From: Octopus vulgaris
Taxonomy: Eukaryota
DNA length: 64,000 bases
Assembly (NCBI GenBank): GCA_951406725.2
Contig: OX597828.1
Location: 41,044,001 to 41,108,000, forward strand
Direction of reading: 5' to 3'
Shown piece after piece: positions 1 to 12,752 of this stretch. A program made the translations under genes and the position numbers. Every line of letters begins with the position of its first letter. The stretch's first letter is position 1. The notes beneath the pieces were generated by a model, which saw only the letters and a program-made list of their open reading frames with translations, searched no databases and had not been told where the DNA came from.

Positions 1-430
1 GTTTAACATTTGCCTTCTATACTGGCATGGGGCGGACGGTTTGACAGGAGCCAATCAGACAGAAGCCTGCACCAGACTTCTGTGACTGTTTTGGCAGGAT
101 TTTCACAGCTGGATACCCTTCCTAACACCAACCACCCAACAGAGAGAACTTAGTACTTTTTACGTGACACAATTGTAATAATTTTTTTTTTCTAATTTTG
201 TACAAGGCTAGTAATTTTGAGCTATGAGGGAAGTTGATTACATCAACCCCAGTACTCAATGCTGCTTGTTTTAATTATTGACTCCAAGAGAATGAAAGCA
301 AAGCTGACCTCAGAATGTAAACACAGACGTAACACCACTTAACATTTTGTCTGGTGTGCTAAAGCTTCTGACAGCTTGCTGCCTTAATAATAATGGTAAT
401 AATTTTATTTTATTTATTGTGGTAAGGCCT

Positions 431-680
431 CCGTGCCGGTGGCACGTAAAAAGCACCATCCGAGCATGGCCGTTCGCCAGCCTGTCTGGCACCTGTGCAG
501 GTGGCACGTAAAAAGCACCCGCTACACTCACGGAGTGGTTGGCATTAGGAAGGGCATCCAGCTGTAGAAACACTGCCAGATCTGACTGACCTAGTGCAGC
601 CTTCGGGCTTCCCAGACCCCAGTTGAACCGGCCAACCCATGCTAGCATGGAAAGTGGACGTTAACGATGATGATGATGAT
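431..680 (+). mobile_element. Family B short retroelement with (GAT)n tail and internal tandem hairpin units (probably RTE-mobilised)
   Basis: gtgccggtggcacgtaaaaagcacc units, ggttggcattaggaagggcatccagctgtagaaac, catggaaagtggacgttaa(gat)n; copies at 8190, 8660, 15170, 27430, 27888(-), 28975, 32838, 35958(-), 38311(-), 55038, 59085(-), 60993(-), 62446. Confidence 0.85.
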
Positions 681-766
681 GTGGTAAAGATTGCATGCAA
701 GAAATTTTCTGAAGGCCTGTTCTTTAAGAATTTAACATTTTATTTATTTTTTAAAAATATTTTCAG

Positions 767-932
767 TCGTGTTGACCGGCCACCTCCGAAAGAACTTCTT
801 CGTTTGTTCATCAGAACACATGCTTTACGTGCTGGTGTAACGTCTTCCAGTCCTTGGGTTGTTGATGATGTCATGATTAAAAAACATGGCATACAGAATA
901 AACTTGCAGATGTTTTCTTATCTCCAATGAAG
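767..932 (+). CDS. BAZ1B: BAZ1B exon a (post-WAC N-terminal region)
   Basis: tttcag|T CGT GTT..ATG AAG|gtaagc; RVDRPPPKELLRLFIRTHALRAGVTSSSPWVVDDVMIKKHGIQNKLADVFLSPMK resembles human RPPNKEIVRYFIRHNALRAG..PWVVEDELVKK. Confidence 0.93.
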
Positions 933-1694
933 GTAAGCTTATTTTGTGTCTTTCAATTTGCTGTCTTTTTTTTATTTCTTAATTTTTTTGCTGTTGTCTG
1001 TCATTTGACTCTGGCCATACTGGAGCACTACCTTTGAAGTTTCAGTTGATTATATCAAACCCTATACTTATTAAGTTTGCTATTATTTTATTGATCCCTA
1101 TTTATCAAGCCATTCGTGTTGGGGACATAAAGGAACACAACATAAACCTTAATGTAGTTAGGTTTGCATTCTAACAACTGTCAGTGCACCTGTGTCAGTG
1201 CTATATAGAAAGCACCCATGCCAGCACCACATAAAAAGTACCTGTGGTGGGATCACATATGAGTATATGTGCCAGTGTCATGGTAAAAGCAGCCATGCAG
1301 GCGCTGCACAAAAGGGCATCCATGCTAGCACCTAGTAACACCTGTGCTAGCACAGAATAAAGACACCTGTGCTGGTGCCACAAGGTATCAAAAGAGTTAA
1401 GCAGAAACAAAATTCTTGCTATAGATTTGAACCTGTCTCATATATTCAGCCATTACAAAAGCTCATATACTTACATGCACTTAAATACACACACACACAT
1501 GCACATGCTGTCTATTTCTGCTTCTTTCTATCTCACACATGCATTCTTTCTCTGTTGTGTATGCACTTACTTTGCCACACAGACACACATTCTCTATCTG
1601 TTTCTGTCTCTTTCTCTCTCACGTAAATTAATTATTAATTTATTTCATGATAATCAAGATTGTGACATCTTTAGCTCTAATTTTGTTTATTCAG

Positions 1695-2351
1695 ATACAA
1701 GATCATTCCTTAGATGAATGTGCAAAGAAACGCAAACTGTCCAGTAGTAAATCTCAAAATTCTTCAAATGCCAAAAAATCTAAACTTGATAAATCTAAAC
1801 CTACGAAAACCTCCAAGAAAAAGAAGGATGAATCGGAAAGCAGTTCGAAGAAGAAAGCAAAGCAGGGTAAATTAAATACTAGTAGTAGCAGTAGCAACAG
1901 CAGCAGTACAACTAAAAGGAAACCCTCTATATCGAAGAACAGCAACAGCGGCAGTCCAAGCAAAAAAAGCAAATTAGCAAATGACGTGGATTCTTCTGAT
2001 GAAGATTCAGATACTAGTGAAGATTGTACTCTTGGAAAATTAAAAAAAAAGCTTCCATTGAGCAAAGATGATGATGATGTCCCCCTAAGTACGTTAAAAA
2101 TGCAGCGTACACCCACAAAGAGCAAAAAAACTGACAGCCGGCAAAGCACCCCTAAAAAGCCTAAGACTGTACAGAAAGATCAAGGGAAAGGGAGTGCTAA
2201 GAAATCATCATCAAAGAGCTCTGAAAAGAAGAAGTCTTCGAAAGAGTCTGACAAAAAGAAGAAAGTCTCCGGTGAGAAGGATAAAAAGAAAAGTAGCAGT
2301 AGTAATAGTAGTAATAAGTCTAAGGATAAAGAAACTCCGAAAAAGAACAAG
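1695..2351 (+). CDS. BAZ1B: BAZ1B exon b, Lys/Ser-rich low-complexity linker (219 aa)
   Basis: ttcag|ATA CAA..AAC AAG|gtaagc; phase 0/0; core of ORF 1647..2816. Confidence 0.88.
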
Positions 2352-4066
2352 GTAAGCTTGAATTATTTCTTGTTTTTGTATAGTTTAGTTTATTTTGTAC
2401 GCCTTTTATTTGTTTCACTCTCATTCATTGAACTGTGGTCATGCTGGGGCACCACCTTGAAGTGTTTAGTCAAAGAGACTCCAGTTATTTTTTTTTATCT
2501 TTTTAATTTTTTTTTCAAGCCTGGTACTTATTCTGTTAGTCTCTTTTGCCAAACCCCTAAGATACAGGGATGTAAACAAACCATCAGTTGTCAAGCAGTG
2601 TTGGAGATTAGCACAAATACAAAGATACATACACACACAGACACACACACACACACACTCATATATACACACATGCATATCTTTCTCTCCCATTTTCCGT
2701 ATCTCCCCCATACACTCTTGCATCCCCACTTCTCACCTTGTACCTTGAAATGCCACCTGGACTCATCTCCACTACTTATCTCTTGGGAGATACCGCTATT
2801 CCATTCTCACAGATGATTCATAATTGTGCCCTTGATAATTCTATTGATATATATTCTGTGATGCTCATACAGCAATTTTAATATTTGAAAATCATGCATA
2901 CTTATATGTCAGCCCCAGCATGGCTGGGTGGTTAAGAAATTTGCTTTTCAACCATATGGTTTTTAACTTTAGTCCTACAGTGTGGGGCCTTGGGCAAGTG
3001 TTTTCTTCTATAGCCACAATGGCAATTGTAAATTTTGATTGTTGATTCTGTTGCTTCATAAACATGTAAATGTTTGAAATATGAGTTCTCCAAAGATTCT
3101 TGGCATGCAAAAAATTGAGTGTGTGTATGTGTAGGCTCCGTATGGCTGAATGGTTAAGAGTTTTACAGCAACCAGGTCTTGGTTCAGTCTTACTGCATGA
3201 CATTGTGTCATTTTCTACAGGTTGTGGTCAGCCCATGTCTTGTAAGTGAAATCAGGTGAACAAAAACTGTATGAGATCTGTTTATGGATTGTGTCTGTAG
3301 TTCAAAAGATACAGCCTTGTCACATGGTGTATCATGCTGATTCTGTCTGAGAATAGCATCAGGCTACATATGTCTGTGGAGCACTCAGCTGCTTACATGT
3401 TAATTCAATTAGCAGAGAATTCAGTTAATTAATCAACTAAACCTCAACATCAAATGATGCTCCCACACACACACACAGTTATATAAAGCATATGGTGCAT
3501 GTGGTATCAAGCATCATGTTTCTGTTGTATTTTTAAGGATATTTCAAGAAGCAAAAAAATAAAAACAAATTTAGGTAACTTGTTAGTTATGTGATCTGAG
3601 GGCGTGAAATATATTTTAGGCAGTGTTGACCCTTCATTTGTTTCTTTCCAATGCAAAAACTTATTTCTTTTCGTGGCTTACATGTTGCTAAATTGACTTC
3701 AGCCAATACCGACAACCACTCGTCCCCTTGTTGGGTAGGCTGTATTGAATCAGTATTTTGGAAGACCCGAGGGCAAGTTTTGGGTTTTCTTTATTACTGA
3801 AAGTATTCTGAAAATGCTATGGGATTTGTTTCTACTTTGAAATTTTCTTGTTTTATATGATTTTCTCCTTGCACAATATGTCTTGACAAGCAGGGGGCAC
3901 TGGGGTAATCAAATACTGGCTTTAAATGTTGAATCTCTAAACTAAACCAAAAGTGGTCTGTTAAATTTGTTGTTATGGTGCATCATTATCTGGTTGGTCA
4001 AATCAGTTTCTGAACCTCACTGCCATTGTCTTGTCACTCACCATTGTTATTTATTGTCTCTTACAG

Positions 4067-4182
4067 AGTATGAAACAAATGACATTGCTGGAAATGTCAA
4101 CCAAGAAAGGACCAAAGACACCCGAGAAAAAGAAACCCTCCGCAGCATCTTCACCTCAAAAACCACCTCCTCTTGTACGAAA
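4067..4182 (+). CDS. BAZ1B: BAZ1B exon c (SMKQMTLLEM...)
   Basis: ttacag|AGT ATG AAA CAA ATG ACA TTG CTG..CGA AA|gtaagt; KQMTLL matches human KQMTLLDM. Confidence 0.92.
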
Positions 4183-5076
4183 GTAAGTAGCAGGAATTTG
4201 TATAGTTTTCTTCCGTTTGTAGACTTGTGCAATTTTTTTTTCTTCTATGCCAGTATGAAGGGATGGTTTTATGACTTAGAAAAAATACCTATTGTTGAAG
4301 AAATTCTTATAAAATCATGATGCCTTTCCTGCTTTTTAACCATAAAATCTGTTTTCCACTAATCATACAAAGACGGGCAGAGTTATGTACCTTGTCTATA
4401 GTAACTGTTGTGAGATTTTAACTCCTGATTGGCACTATTAGTGCAACAAATTGACCTCAAAGCCTTTTTTTCTTTCTCATGAATATATTAAAAGCAGCTA
4501 CTTAATTCTGGTTTTTGATTCCCAGAATTAGTTGTGTTTTTAACGCTTTTGGGAAAGGCATTGCTGACTCTTTTTCCATGTTTTTTGCATTAATTATAAC
4601 ATTATGTAGAAAATATTTCTTAAATAAACTTTGCTTAATTAACTATTGCAATAATCACTAGTAGTGGTTTTTAAATTATTGTAATTATGTCTTCTGATCA
4701 AAACTGACAAAAGTTTTTATCTAAAACACATTTAAGTTTCTAAAATCTGTGTACTGACTTTGGCAAAATGCCTTGGATGAAGTTGAATCTGATGTTGGCC
4801 AGTATACTGCCATCAAAATCTGTTTAAGTGAAATGGTTACTGTTTATAACGAAAATTATTGTTTGGAATTGTTTAGAATTTCAGGTTACATTTGTTTCAT
4901 TTTAAATCAACAATTCTTTGATTTAATATTGTGCTGTTGAGAATTAAACTTTATCTTATAGAAACCTTTATCACACTTGGAAATAGTATGAAGTTGTGTT
5001 AGATGAATTAATAATTAGAAAAGAAGTTTTTAACACTTTAATAATTAAACTTTATTATTAATTCTTTCCCCCTTAG

Positions 5077-5241
5077 ATTAATGGCAGCTATGAAGACTAA
5101 AGATAGTAACAGAAATGAATATAAGAAAATTCTAGAAAAAGTTGTTATACACTTATCAGCTCAACAGAGAGAAAAGTTGCCTCCCGATGTGAAAGACATT
5201 GTCCTGAAAGCTTTTCAAAGTCATGAGGAAAGGAAAAAGCT
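5077..5241 (+). CDS. BAZ1B: BAZ1B exon d
   Basis: ccttag|A TTA ATG..AAG CT|gtaagt; LSAQQREKLPPDVKDIV resembles human LSSEDRARLPEELRSLV. Confidence 0.9.
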
Positions 5242-6783
5242 GTAAGTTTATTTATTTATTTTTTTCCATTGATAGACAAAATAGGTGGGTCTTTTGCATG
5301 CTTAACATTATTTGCTGGTGACCCACAGGTTGTTTAATTGTCTTTAAATTGATCTTCCAACCTGAGATCCATCACATTCTCTGATGTGTTTCTTTAGGAT
5401 TTCTGTCAACTGGATTATTCTGACACATTTTCCCCTGATGGCCTTTCTAAACCCTCAATCCCTCCCTGGGATGTATGGCATAAAAATACGGACTCTGAAC
5501 ATTTTGCACACTGAATTCTGTAACCATTTACTAATATGTATTTTGTTTTCAGGAATTTATTTCTCTGTTTGTCTACCTACATAGCTCAGTTGGTAGAGCA
5601 TCAGACTGCAAAACATTTTGTTTGATATTCTGGGTTCAAATCCTGCTCAGATCAATTTTGCCTTTTATTCTTGTGGAATTGAAACATGTACCAAACCAAA
5701 GCAATGTTAGACTGAGTGCCTTGTGGTATTTGTTCTGGCTCCTTGTTTCTAGAGTTCAAATCTTACTTTAGTCAATTTGACTTGTAGACTTAATCCATCA
5801 TCTGGTTTAACACTTACTACTTGGTATATCGTGTTCCTTTAGCAGAGCCTTACTCTGTTGTAGGTATTTGGGCCAGCCTTAGAATTTAAGGATTCTTTCC
5901 TCTCTCCTTCCCATCCATCATTGAGACCCTGTAATAAGTTATGGGACACTGTCTTCATTCTATACAAGTTTGGAAGTTGGTTTATTTGGCAACAATGCAA
6001 GTGTGCATGTTAATGTATTTCAGGCATACATATTTTTCAGACTTTTGCTATTTAGAATCTTATTGCTTCAGTGTTGTGACTAGTTTTGGTGTTGAAGCTA
6101 GTAATAGCATAGTGACCAAGGTATTAGTTGGTGGGGAAAATGTCTTGGGAAGTTACAGCTTTTGCTGATGTGTAGGGTGTACATGTTTTGAAAAAGAGTG
6201 CTAGTTTATGGTATTGAAATATTAGTTGAGCGCTGAGTTTGTAACACACCATCTGTGTTTTAACACCACCATCTGGTGATTCAGCACTTTCAGTGGAGTT
6301 AACTTTGTTGCAAGCACCCCGTCCTGACTGCTGTTTCTTCCTTTCCCACATTTTCCTTGGAGATGCTCAGTTGTGGCAAAGATGATTAGCATTGTCTACT
6401 CCCTTACACACACACACACATACTGGCTAACTAGTAAATATATAAAAGGTGCGAGCCTCAAAAACTAATTTCAAGTTAGTTGAGAAAATGATTGCTGAGT
6501 AAATGTTAGCCCATCGAAGGAGGCTGAGCACTGGGCAATAGGCTCAGGGCTTGAGGTGTTTTATGCTTGATGGACAAAAAGGCAATGAGTTCTTGTCAAA
6601 TAGTAAATATATAAAAGAATAAATGAATCCCTTTTGTAGCTCTATCTTACTCTATCTAGTACAGGAAATAATGTGGAAACTTAACTAATCGCTACACAAG
6701 GTTTTAAACTTTGGGTGACATTATTATAAGAATATCTAATGAAATATCTTTATGCAAACTGAATATTTAAACTGAATTTTTAG

Positions 6784-6913
6784 GAAGGCAATGACTGCAG
6801 AACAACGTGAGGAATATCTACAAAAGAAAAGAGAAGAATCCAAGAAAAAACAAGCTGAAGATCGAAGAGCAAGACAGGAAGCAATCAGGAAGAAGAAACG
6901 AGAACTTTCAAGG
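6784..6913 (+). CDS. BAZ1B: BAZ1B exon e (coiled coil)
   Basis: tttag|G AAG GCA ATG..TCA AGG|gtaaga; MTAEQREEYLQKKREE resembles human MSEEQRKEYLKKKREE. Confidence 0.93.
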
Positions 6914-7772
6914 GTAAGAACCTTATTTTTCTTTGTGTTGTACTTAAGAGCTAAATCTCTAACCAGGTTTTGATTGTATTCAAAATTACTGGCCTTGTGC
7001 CAAAATTAGAAACCATTATTATTCCGGTGGCAGGCTTGCAGAATCATTAGCAAATCAGACAAAATGCTTCATAGCATTTCGTCTGTCTTTATATTCTGAT
7101 CTCAGGTTCCACCAAGGTCAGTTGAGAATGGGAGTTGAAGTAATCGATTAGCTCTCTTCCCAAAATGTCAGGCCTTGTGCCTATAGTTGAAAGAAATTCT
7201 ACCCAGGTCGTTTTCGTCTTCCATCCTTTTGGGGTCAGTAAATTAAGTACCTGTCAAGTACTAGGGTTGATATGATCGACTATCCCTCTCCCCACAAATT
7301 TCAGGCCTTGTGCCTATAGTAGAAAGGATTATTATTATTATTATTAAGGCAGTGACCTGATAGAATCCTTCGCATGCCAAGCAAAATGCTTAGTGGCATC
7401 TCAACTGTATTAATGCTTTGAGTTCAAATTTCACCGAGATCAACCTCACCTTTCATCATTTTGGGGGTCAATAAAATAAGTACAGGTTGAGCACTGGGGT
7501 CAAAGTAATCGACTAAGACCTTCTCCTGAACTTGCTGGCCTTTTGCCAAAATTTGAAATCAACAATATCTCTCATTACAGTTTGAAGTCCAAATCTCCAT
7601 AAGAATGCCTTTACTCTTTTCACCATAAATTTGCCAGCTACATACTAGAACTTGATTTAATCAGCTTTATCTCCCCCCACACACACACACACATACATAC
7701 ACAGATGTATGTCATTTTGTATCTAAATTAAAATCAGTTATTAAAGCATCTGTTTTATGGATATATTTTCAG

Positions 7773-7941
7773 CGTTATGAAGATCAAGATCTGGATCAAA
7801 AGTCTCTTCCAGTTCCAAAATTGATTTCACATCCAAAGGTTTTACCAGTAGAAGCATTTGGTGATGTTGCTATGGTTACAGAATTCATTAACTGTTTTGC
7901 CGGTTTATTAATGCCACAAGGAGAGAAGGTCTATTATTCAG
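7773..7941 (+). CDS. BAZ1B: BAZ1B exon f (DDT domain start)
   Basis: tttcag|CGT TAT GAA GAT..TCA G|gtatgt; RYEDQDL..LPVEAFGDVAMVTEFINCFAGLLMP. Confidence 0.95.
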
Positions 7942-8189
7942 GTATGTTGGAGAGCTATTTGTTATTTTCTTTTCAAGAAATCTATTATCCAGGTATACGG
8001 GAGGTGCAGCCATGGCTGTGTGATAAGAAGTTTGCTTACCAACCACATAGTTCCAGGTTTAGTTCTGCTGCACTGCACCTTGGGCTAGTGTCTGCTATAG
8101 CACCAGACCATCCAAAACCATGTGAGTGAATTTGGTAGATGGAAACTCAGAGAAATTCGTTGTATAAAATGTGTACCTGTGTCTTGACA

Positions 8190-9198
8190 TTACATAATGC
8201 TGATGCCAGGACCCTCTGACTGGCTCCTATACTGGTGACATGTAAAATGCACCATCTGAACGTGGTCAATGCCAAGTCCGCCTGACTGGCTCCCATGCTG
8301 GTGGCACATAAAAAACACCATCTGAATGTGGCTGATGCCAGGGCCACCCAACTGGCTCCTGTGCTGGTGCCACATAAAAAGTACCCACTACACTCTCGGA
8401 GTGGTTGGCATTAGGAAGGGTATCCTGCTGTAGAATAATTGTCAGATCAGATTGGAGCCTGGTGCAGCCACTATCTTTCCAGACCTCAGTCAAACTGTCC
8501 AATCCATGCCAGCACGGAAAATGAATGTTAAATGATGATGATGATGATGAGTTAAAGCATGATTAATTCAAAACAATGTAGATAAAGAAGCATTACATTT
8601 GCAAGAGTAATCTGGATGTGCTAAAGGGTTACTGTAATGAGCTTGATAGGTTTTAGCTTTGTACGCCAGTGTTGCATAACCAGCCCACTTAAAAAAAGTC
8701 AGGTAGCATGCTGTGCTTGAGGAGACCTATTGAGTCAAGTCCATTCAAAATCAAATGGAAATTGTAGTTGTGGCTGATGCCAGTGCCATCTGACTGGCTC
8801 CCATACTTGTGGAATGCAATAAGCATCATTCATGCGTTGGTCGTTGCCAGTGCTGCCTGACTGGTTCCCCGTGCCAGTGGCACGTCAAAAGCACCATCCG
8901 AATGTCGTCGATGACAGCCCCCTTGCCTCGACTGGCTCCTGTGCCAGTGGCACATAAAAAGCACCATCCAAGTGTAGTCGATGTTAGCCCCCTCGCCCCA
9001 TCTAGCTTCTGTGTCGGTGGCATGTAAAAGCACCCACTACATTCTCGGAGTCGTTGGCGTTAGGAAAGACATCCAGCTGTAGAAACATAGCCAGATCAGA
9101 TTGGAGCTCGGTGTGGCCTCCTGGCTTGTCAGACCCCAGTCAAACCATCCATCCCATGCCAGCATGGAAAACAGATGTTAAATGATGATGATGATGAT
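8190..9198 (+). mobile_element. Two adjacent family B elements with 3-5 internal repeat units each
   Basis: Two (GAT)n-tailed copies ending about 8550 and 9198. Confidence 0.82.
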
Positions 9199-9601
9199 AG
9201 TTTAGCCAAAAGAAGAATGGAAGTGCCCTTGACATTTTTCAAGACTGTTAAGCAGTATGGAGGAAGTTACCCTGAATACAGAGTTGTCCAGGTCTGGATG
9301 TTTGCAAAAGAGTTTGTCCTGCTATGGACAAAAATAGATTCGGGACAGGATTTTTATAGCTAGTTTGCACTTCCTGTTGCCAATACTTATCCGTTTTTCA
9401 AGTTAGAAGTTTCTATTCTAGAGGAATCCTAAGAATGCAGGTATAATGGATGCTTTGTTCACAGGGAGTATCAGCAACTTTTACTGTTTGTAACTCAAAC
9501 ACAAATTATGTCAGCTCATCATAACTTTTTGTAAACATTCACTCAGTAACACACACACACACACATGGAAAATTGATGCAAAATAAACAAACTATATATA
9601 T

Positions 9602-10245
9602 ATGAAGGAATACCAAAAATGGGACAAGAACGCAAAACATCCAGACAGATGATACAAAAAAAGGGACAAGAAAAAGCAAGGATGGGTCATTCGGAGTTTT
9701 CTTTCCTCAATTGAGTTTCAGATTATCTTTGCAATTTCAGCTGGTTATACTCAAGATTGCTCCAGTCTGGCCAGCCCAAGGAGAAACTAAGCTAAGTGCA
9801 CTAGGTTCCTTGGAAGAAAGCAGCAAATATATATGAAAACAAGGATGGAAAAAACCCGGGTAAATGGTACACAAATACAAATTCAAATATCAGGACATTA
9901 ACAACAGGTGTCTTTCGACTAAAGATAAATTAAATTAATCTGGCGTTTGTAGAAGTGAAGCCTTATTATGACAGGGATGGGGATGAATATAGATGTTGCA
10001 CGTATGGTAGTCGAACCAAGAAAAAAAGGTTTTGTATATATATATATAGTTCAAATTTACAAAAAACAAAAGACAAAGAAGGTGAAGGTGATGGAACAAC
10101 AAGCAGGTGTATTGATTTAATGCTTGGGAAGAATGGAAAAGTCTTTGATGTTTCAAATCTATGCTCTTTGACAGAAAGGACTATGAGGTAAAAAAAAAAA
10201 AAAAAGAAGTGAGAATGAAAAATGATGGAGAGAAAAAAAATAGTG
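9602..10245 (-). repeat. Probable Penelope-like repeat fragments
   Basis: A-rich repeat text resembling 53726-53920, including a decayed CTTT CTGTCAA AGAGCATAGATTT GAAACATC AAAG motif on the minus strand. Confidence 0.4.
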
Positions 10246-10589
10246 ATGGGCTTCTTTCTGTTTCCATTTACCAACCTCACAAGGTTTTGGTCAGTTTGAG
10301 GTAGGCACTAGGACTGAAACTGAAGCCACGCAATTGAAAAGTGACCTTCAGGTTGTGATGTTAAACTAGGTAATAAACTAGGTTAAGGACCAGCCCCTCC
10401 GACAGACTTACACACACTTTATGCCTACTACATTTCTCTCAGTCAAACTATTTGTACATCAATCAATCAATGTGCAGAATAATTTTGCCATGAAAAAAAA
10501 AAAAAACTATAAATTCACTGTTGCAAATGTCATTAAGAATTTTCTTTTGTATTTTCTAAAAAAAAAGTGTTCTCCTTTACTTTTTACAG

Positions 10590-10693
10590 ATACATTAATG
10601 AAAGCCCTTGTTGATAAGGAGAAAGGTTCTTCATTTATTGCGGAAATACTTGTTATATTGTTGCAGACATTATTGCAAGATGAAATATCTGAG
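10590..10693 (+). CDS. BAZ1B: BAZ1B exon g (DDT domain end)
   Basis: ttacag|AT ACA TTA ATG..TCT GAG|gtaaat; TLMKAL..ILVILLQTLLQDEISE. Confidence 0.95.
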
Positions 10694-11313
10694 GTAAATA
10701 TTTACTTAAACAATATCTCACCCTTGTGGTTTGTTTTCAAACTTGTTTTTCTTTCAATTTTTGGAATTAATTTTACTAATTTATGGGATTGATGTGCTTT
10801 TATTACAAATAATAGCAATCACTTTAAAACTCTTCAATTTGGAATCTTTTGAGACACTGTAAAATTTTGAAATCTATTTGTAAACTGCATAAAGGAAATT
10901 TGAGTTAACCCTTTAGCATTCAGATTATTCTGTTTTATATATGTGTGTGTGTGTGAGTTGGTGTTTCTGTATCTTGACATTGCATGATTATTGTAAAAGA
11001 GCTTCATTGACATACAAGTTCTGGCCTTCGTTTTCAAACTTCCATGAAAACCTGCTTGGCTATGGGGAAATATTACCTCACTTGGACACAGAAGAAGGTT
11101 AGTGACAGGAAAGACATTGCCTTAGAAAATGTGTCCCCTTTTCTATCCAGCCCATGCAAATATGGAAAAGTGGATGTTAAATGATGATGACGATGATTTC
11201 TGTTTTGTGGGTTACATGTTTGGTTGTGTGTCTTATTTTATTAAGAATGGTTTTTGTTTCATTGTTATCTCGGCCACTGGATAAACTCTTTATATATCAA
11301 TTTTGTTTTGTAG

Positions 11314-11475
11314 GATTATGCTGAATTGAAAACCTCACTTTCTGATATCCCTGTGAATCACTATACTGCCACTGAACTCGTCCGTCTTGCTCTGAGGAAA
11401 ATTGATACAGATGTCGCCGAAGAAACACAGAGTGATGACAGCTCAACTAGTGAAGTAGAAGAAGAGTTAGAATTA
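11314..11475 (+). CDS. BAZ1B: BAZ1B exon h
   Basis: ttgtag|GAT TAT..GAA TTA|gtaagt; DYAELKTSLSDIPVNHYTATELVRLALR. Confidence 0.94.
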
Positions 11476-11926
11476 GTAAGTTTAGTTTCCTTTGTTTGTT
11501 TTGGTAGATTTCTTTGTCGTCTTTACTGATTTTAACATTTCTAATCTTGATATATTTCAGCTGTGTGTAAATTTTAAAGTAAATATTTTTCACCTCACTC
11601 ATTTTCTGACAATTGTTGCTCAACCAAATAATGTATATTTATTTGGGAATGAGGTACTTTAAAATTACAATGAAATAAGAATATAAAATATATTTTTTTA
11701 AACAATTTTATGCTATAAACCAGAAGTGTGAAACATAAATATAGCTTGCAGGCCAATTTTTATATTTCGATTTTAAAATATTCACTAGTATTTGCGACCC
11801 CTACTCTAAACTATTAGTTAACATGTTAGAGTTTTTATCTATTGTAGAATTAATTAAAAGAATTGACGATTATTTCAAATGTATTTTACCTTTTTCTTTT
11901 GTTTTTTGTTTTTTGTCCTTCTCTAG

Positions 11927-12084
11927 AATGAAGAATTGATAGATATGTTGGAAAATCATGAATTAAATGATCTAGAACCTGCTCAAAAACTTCAGATTTT
12001 GAAAGGATTGTGTCTTCGTATTATGGGTACTTACTCTGTGCAAGACTTCATGGAACAGAAACAGGCCGAAGCCTCAGATCTTTG
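11927..12084 (+). CDS. BAZ1B: BAZ1B exon i (WHIM1)
   Basis: ctctag|AAT GAA..CTT TG|gtgagt; LENHELNDLEPAQKLQILKGLCLRIMGTYSVQDFME. Confidence 0.94.
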
Positions 12085-12264
12085 GTGAGTATTCCATCAA
12101 CTGCACAAGTGAGGATGTGGATATGCTTATAAAGATATTTTAAATTGCTTTCTATATTGTTCTTAGAAAATAATTACTGGTGGACGGTGGTGTTTCACTG
12201 AAGTTAGATCCTGTCATATAGATGGTGCGCTTTCTTTTATTGAAATAAAAAAAAATATTTTGTA

Positions 12265-12445
12265 GGCACAGGTGTGGCTCTGTGGTAAGAAGCTTGCTTC
12301 ACAATCACATGGTTCTAGGTTCAGTTCTACTGCATGGCATCTTGAGCAAGTATCTTCTACTATATAGCTTTGGTCCAACCAAAGCTTTGTCAGTGGATTT
12401 GGTAGGCTGAAACTGAAAGAAGCCCATTGTATGTGTATGTATGTA

Positions 12446-12483
<38 letters not shown>

Positions 12484-12752
12484 CATACACACATATACAT
12501 ACATATACACACATATACATACATATACATATATATGTGTGTGTGTCTGTGTCTGTCCTCCACCACCACTTGACAACCAGTGTTGGTGTGTTTACATCCC
12601 TATAACTTAGCAGTTAGGCAAAAAGAGTCCAATATAATTAGTACCAGGCTTTATAAAAAGAAAAGTACTGGGGTTGGTTCATTGAACTAAAAATTCTTGA
12701 AGTTAGCACTCCAGTTTGGCTGCAGTCTAATGGCTGAAACAAATAAAAGATA
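12265..12752 (+). mobile_element. tRNA-derived SINE family A (about 410-480 bp, internal TA/TG microsatellite, GTAAAAGA tail)
   Basis: A-box TGGCnnnnTGG and B-box GGTTCAGT head, cttgggcaagtgtcttctactatagc body; other copies at 2403(-), 14545(-), 14948(-), 21118(-), 26378(+), 41752-43001(-, x3), 47995(+), 53311(+), 58735(+), 63233(+), 63695(-). Confidence 0.88.

Noticed and set aside
310-648. Recurring ORF family LQLDALPNANHSVSVVGAFYVPP
   Set aside because: Antisense translation of family B repeats with inconsistent starts and stops between copies.
1647-2816. 389-aa stand-alone ORF with signal-peptide-like start and hydrophobic tail
   Set aside because: Only 1695-2351 is exonic; the hydrophobic flanks are translated intron and SINE sequence.
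5578-5650. tRNA gene (ATAGCTCAGTTGGTAGAGCATCAGACT resembles the tRNA-Lys 5' half)
   Set aside because: No acceptor-stem closure or proper anticodon arm; it continues into SINE body sequence, so it is a SINE head.
8780-9035. Repeat-spacer pattern resembling a CRISPR array
   Set aside because: The spacers are homologous to one another, the array is internal to a dispersed eukaryotic retroelement, and there are no cas genes.
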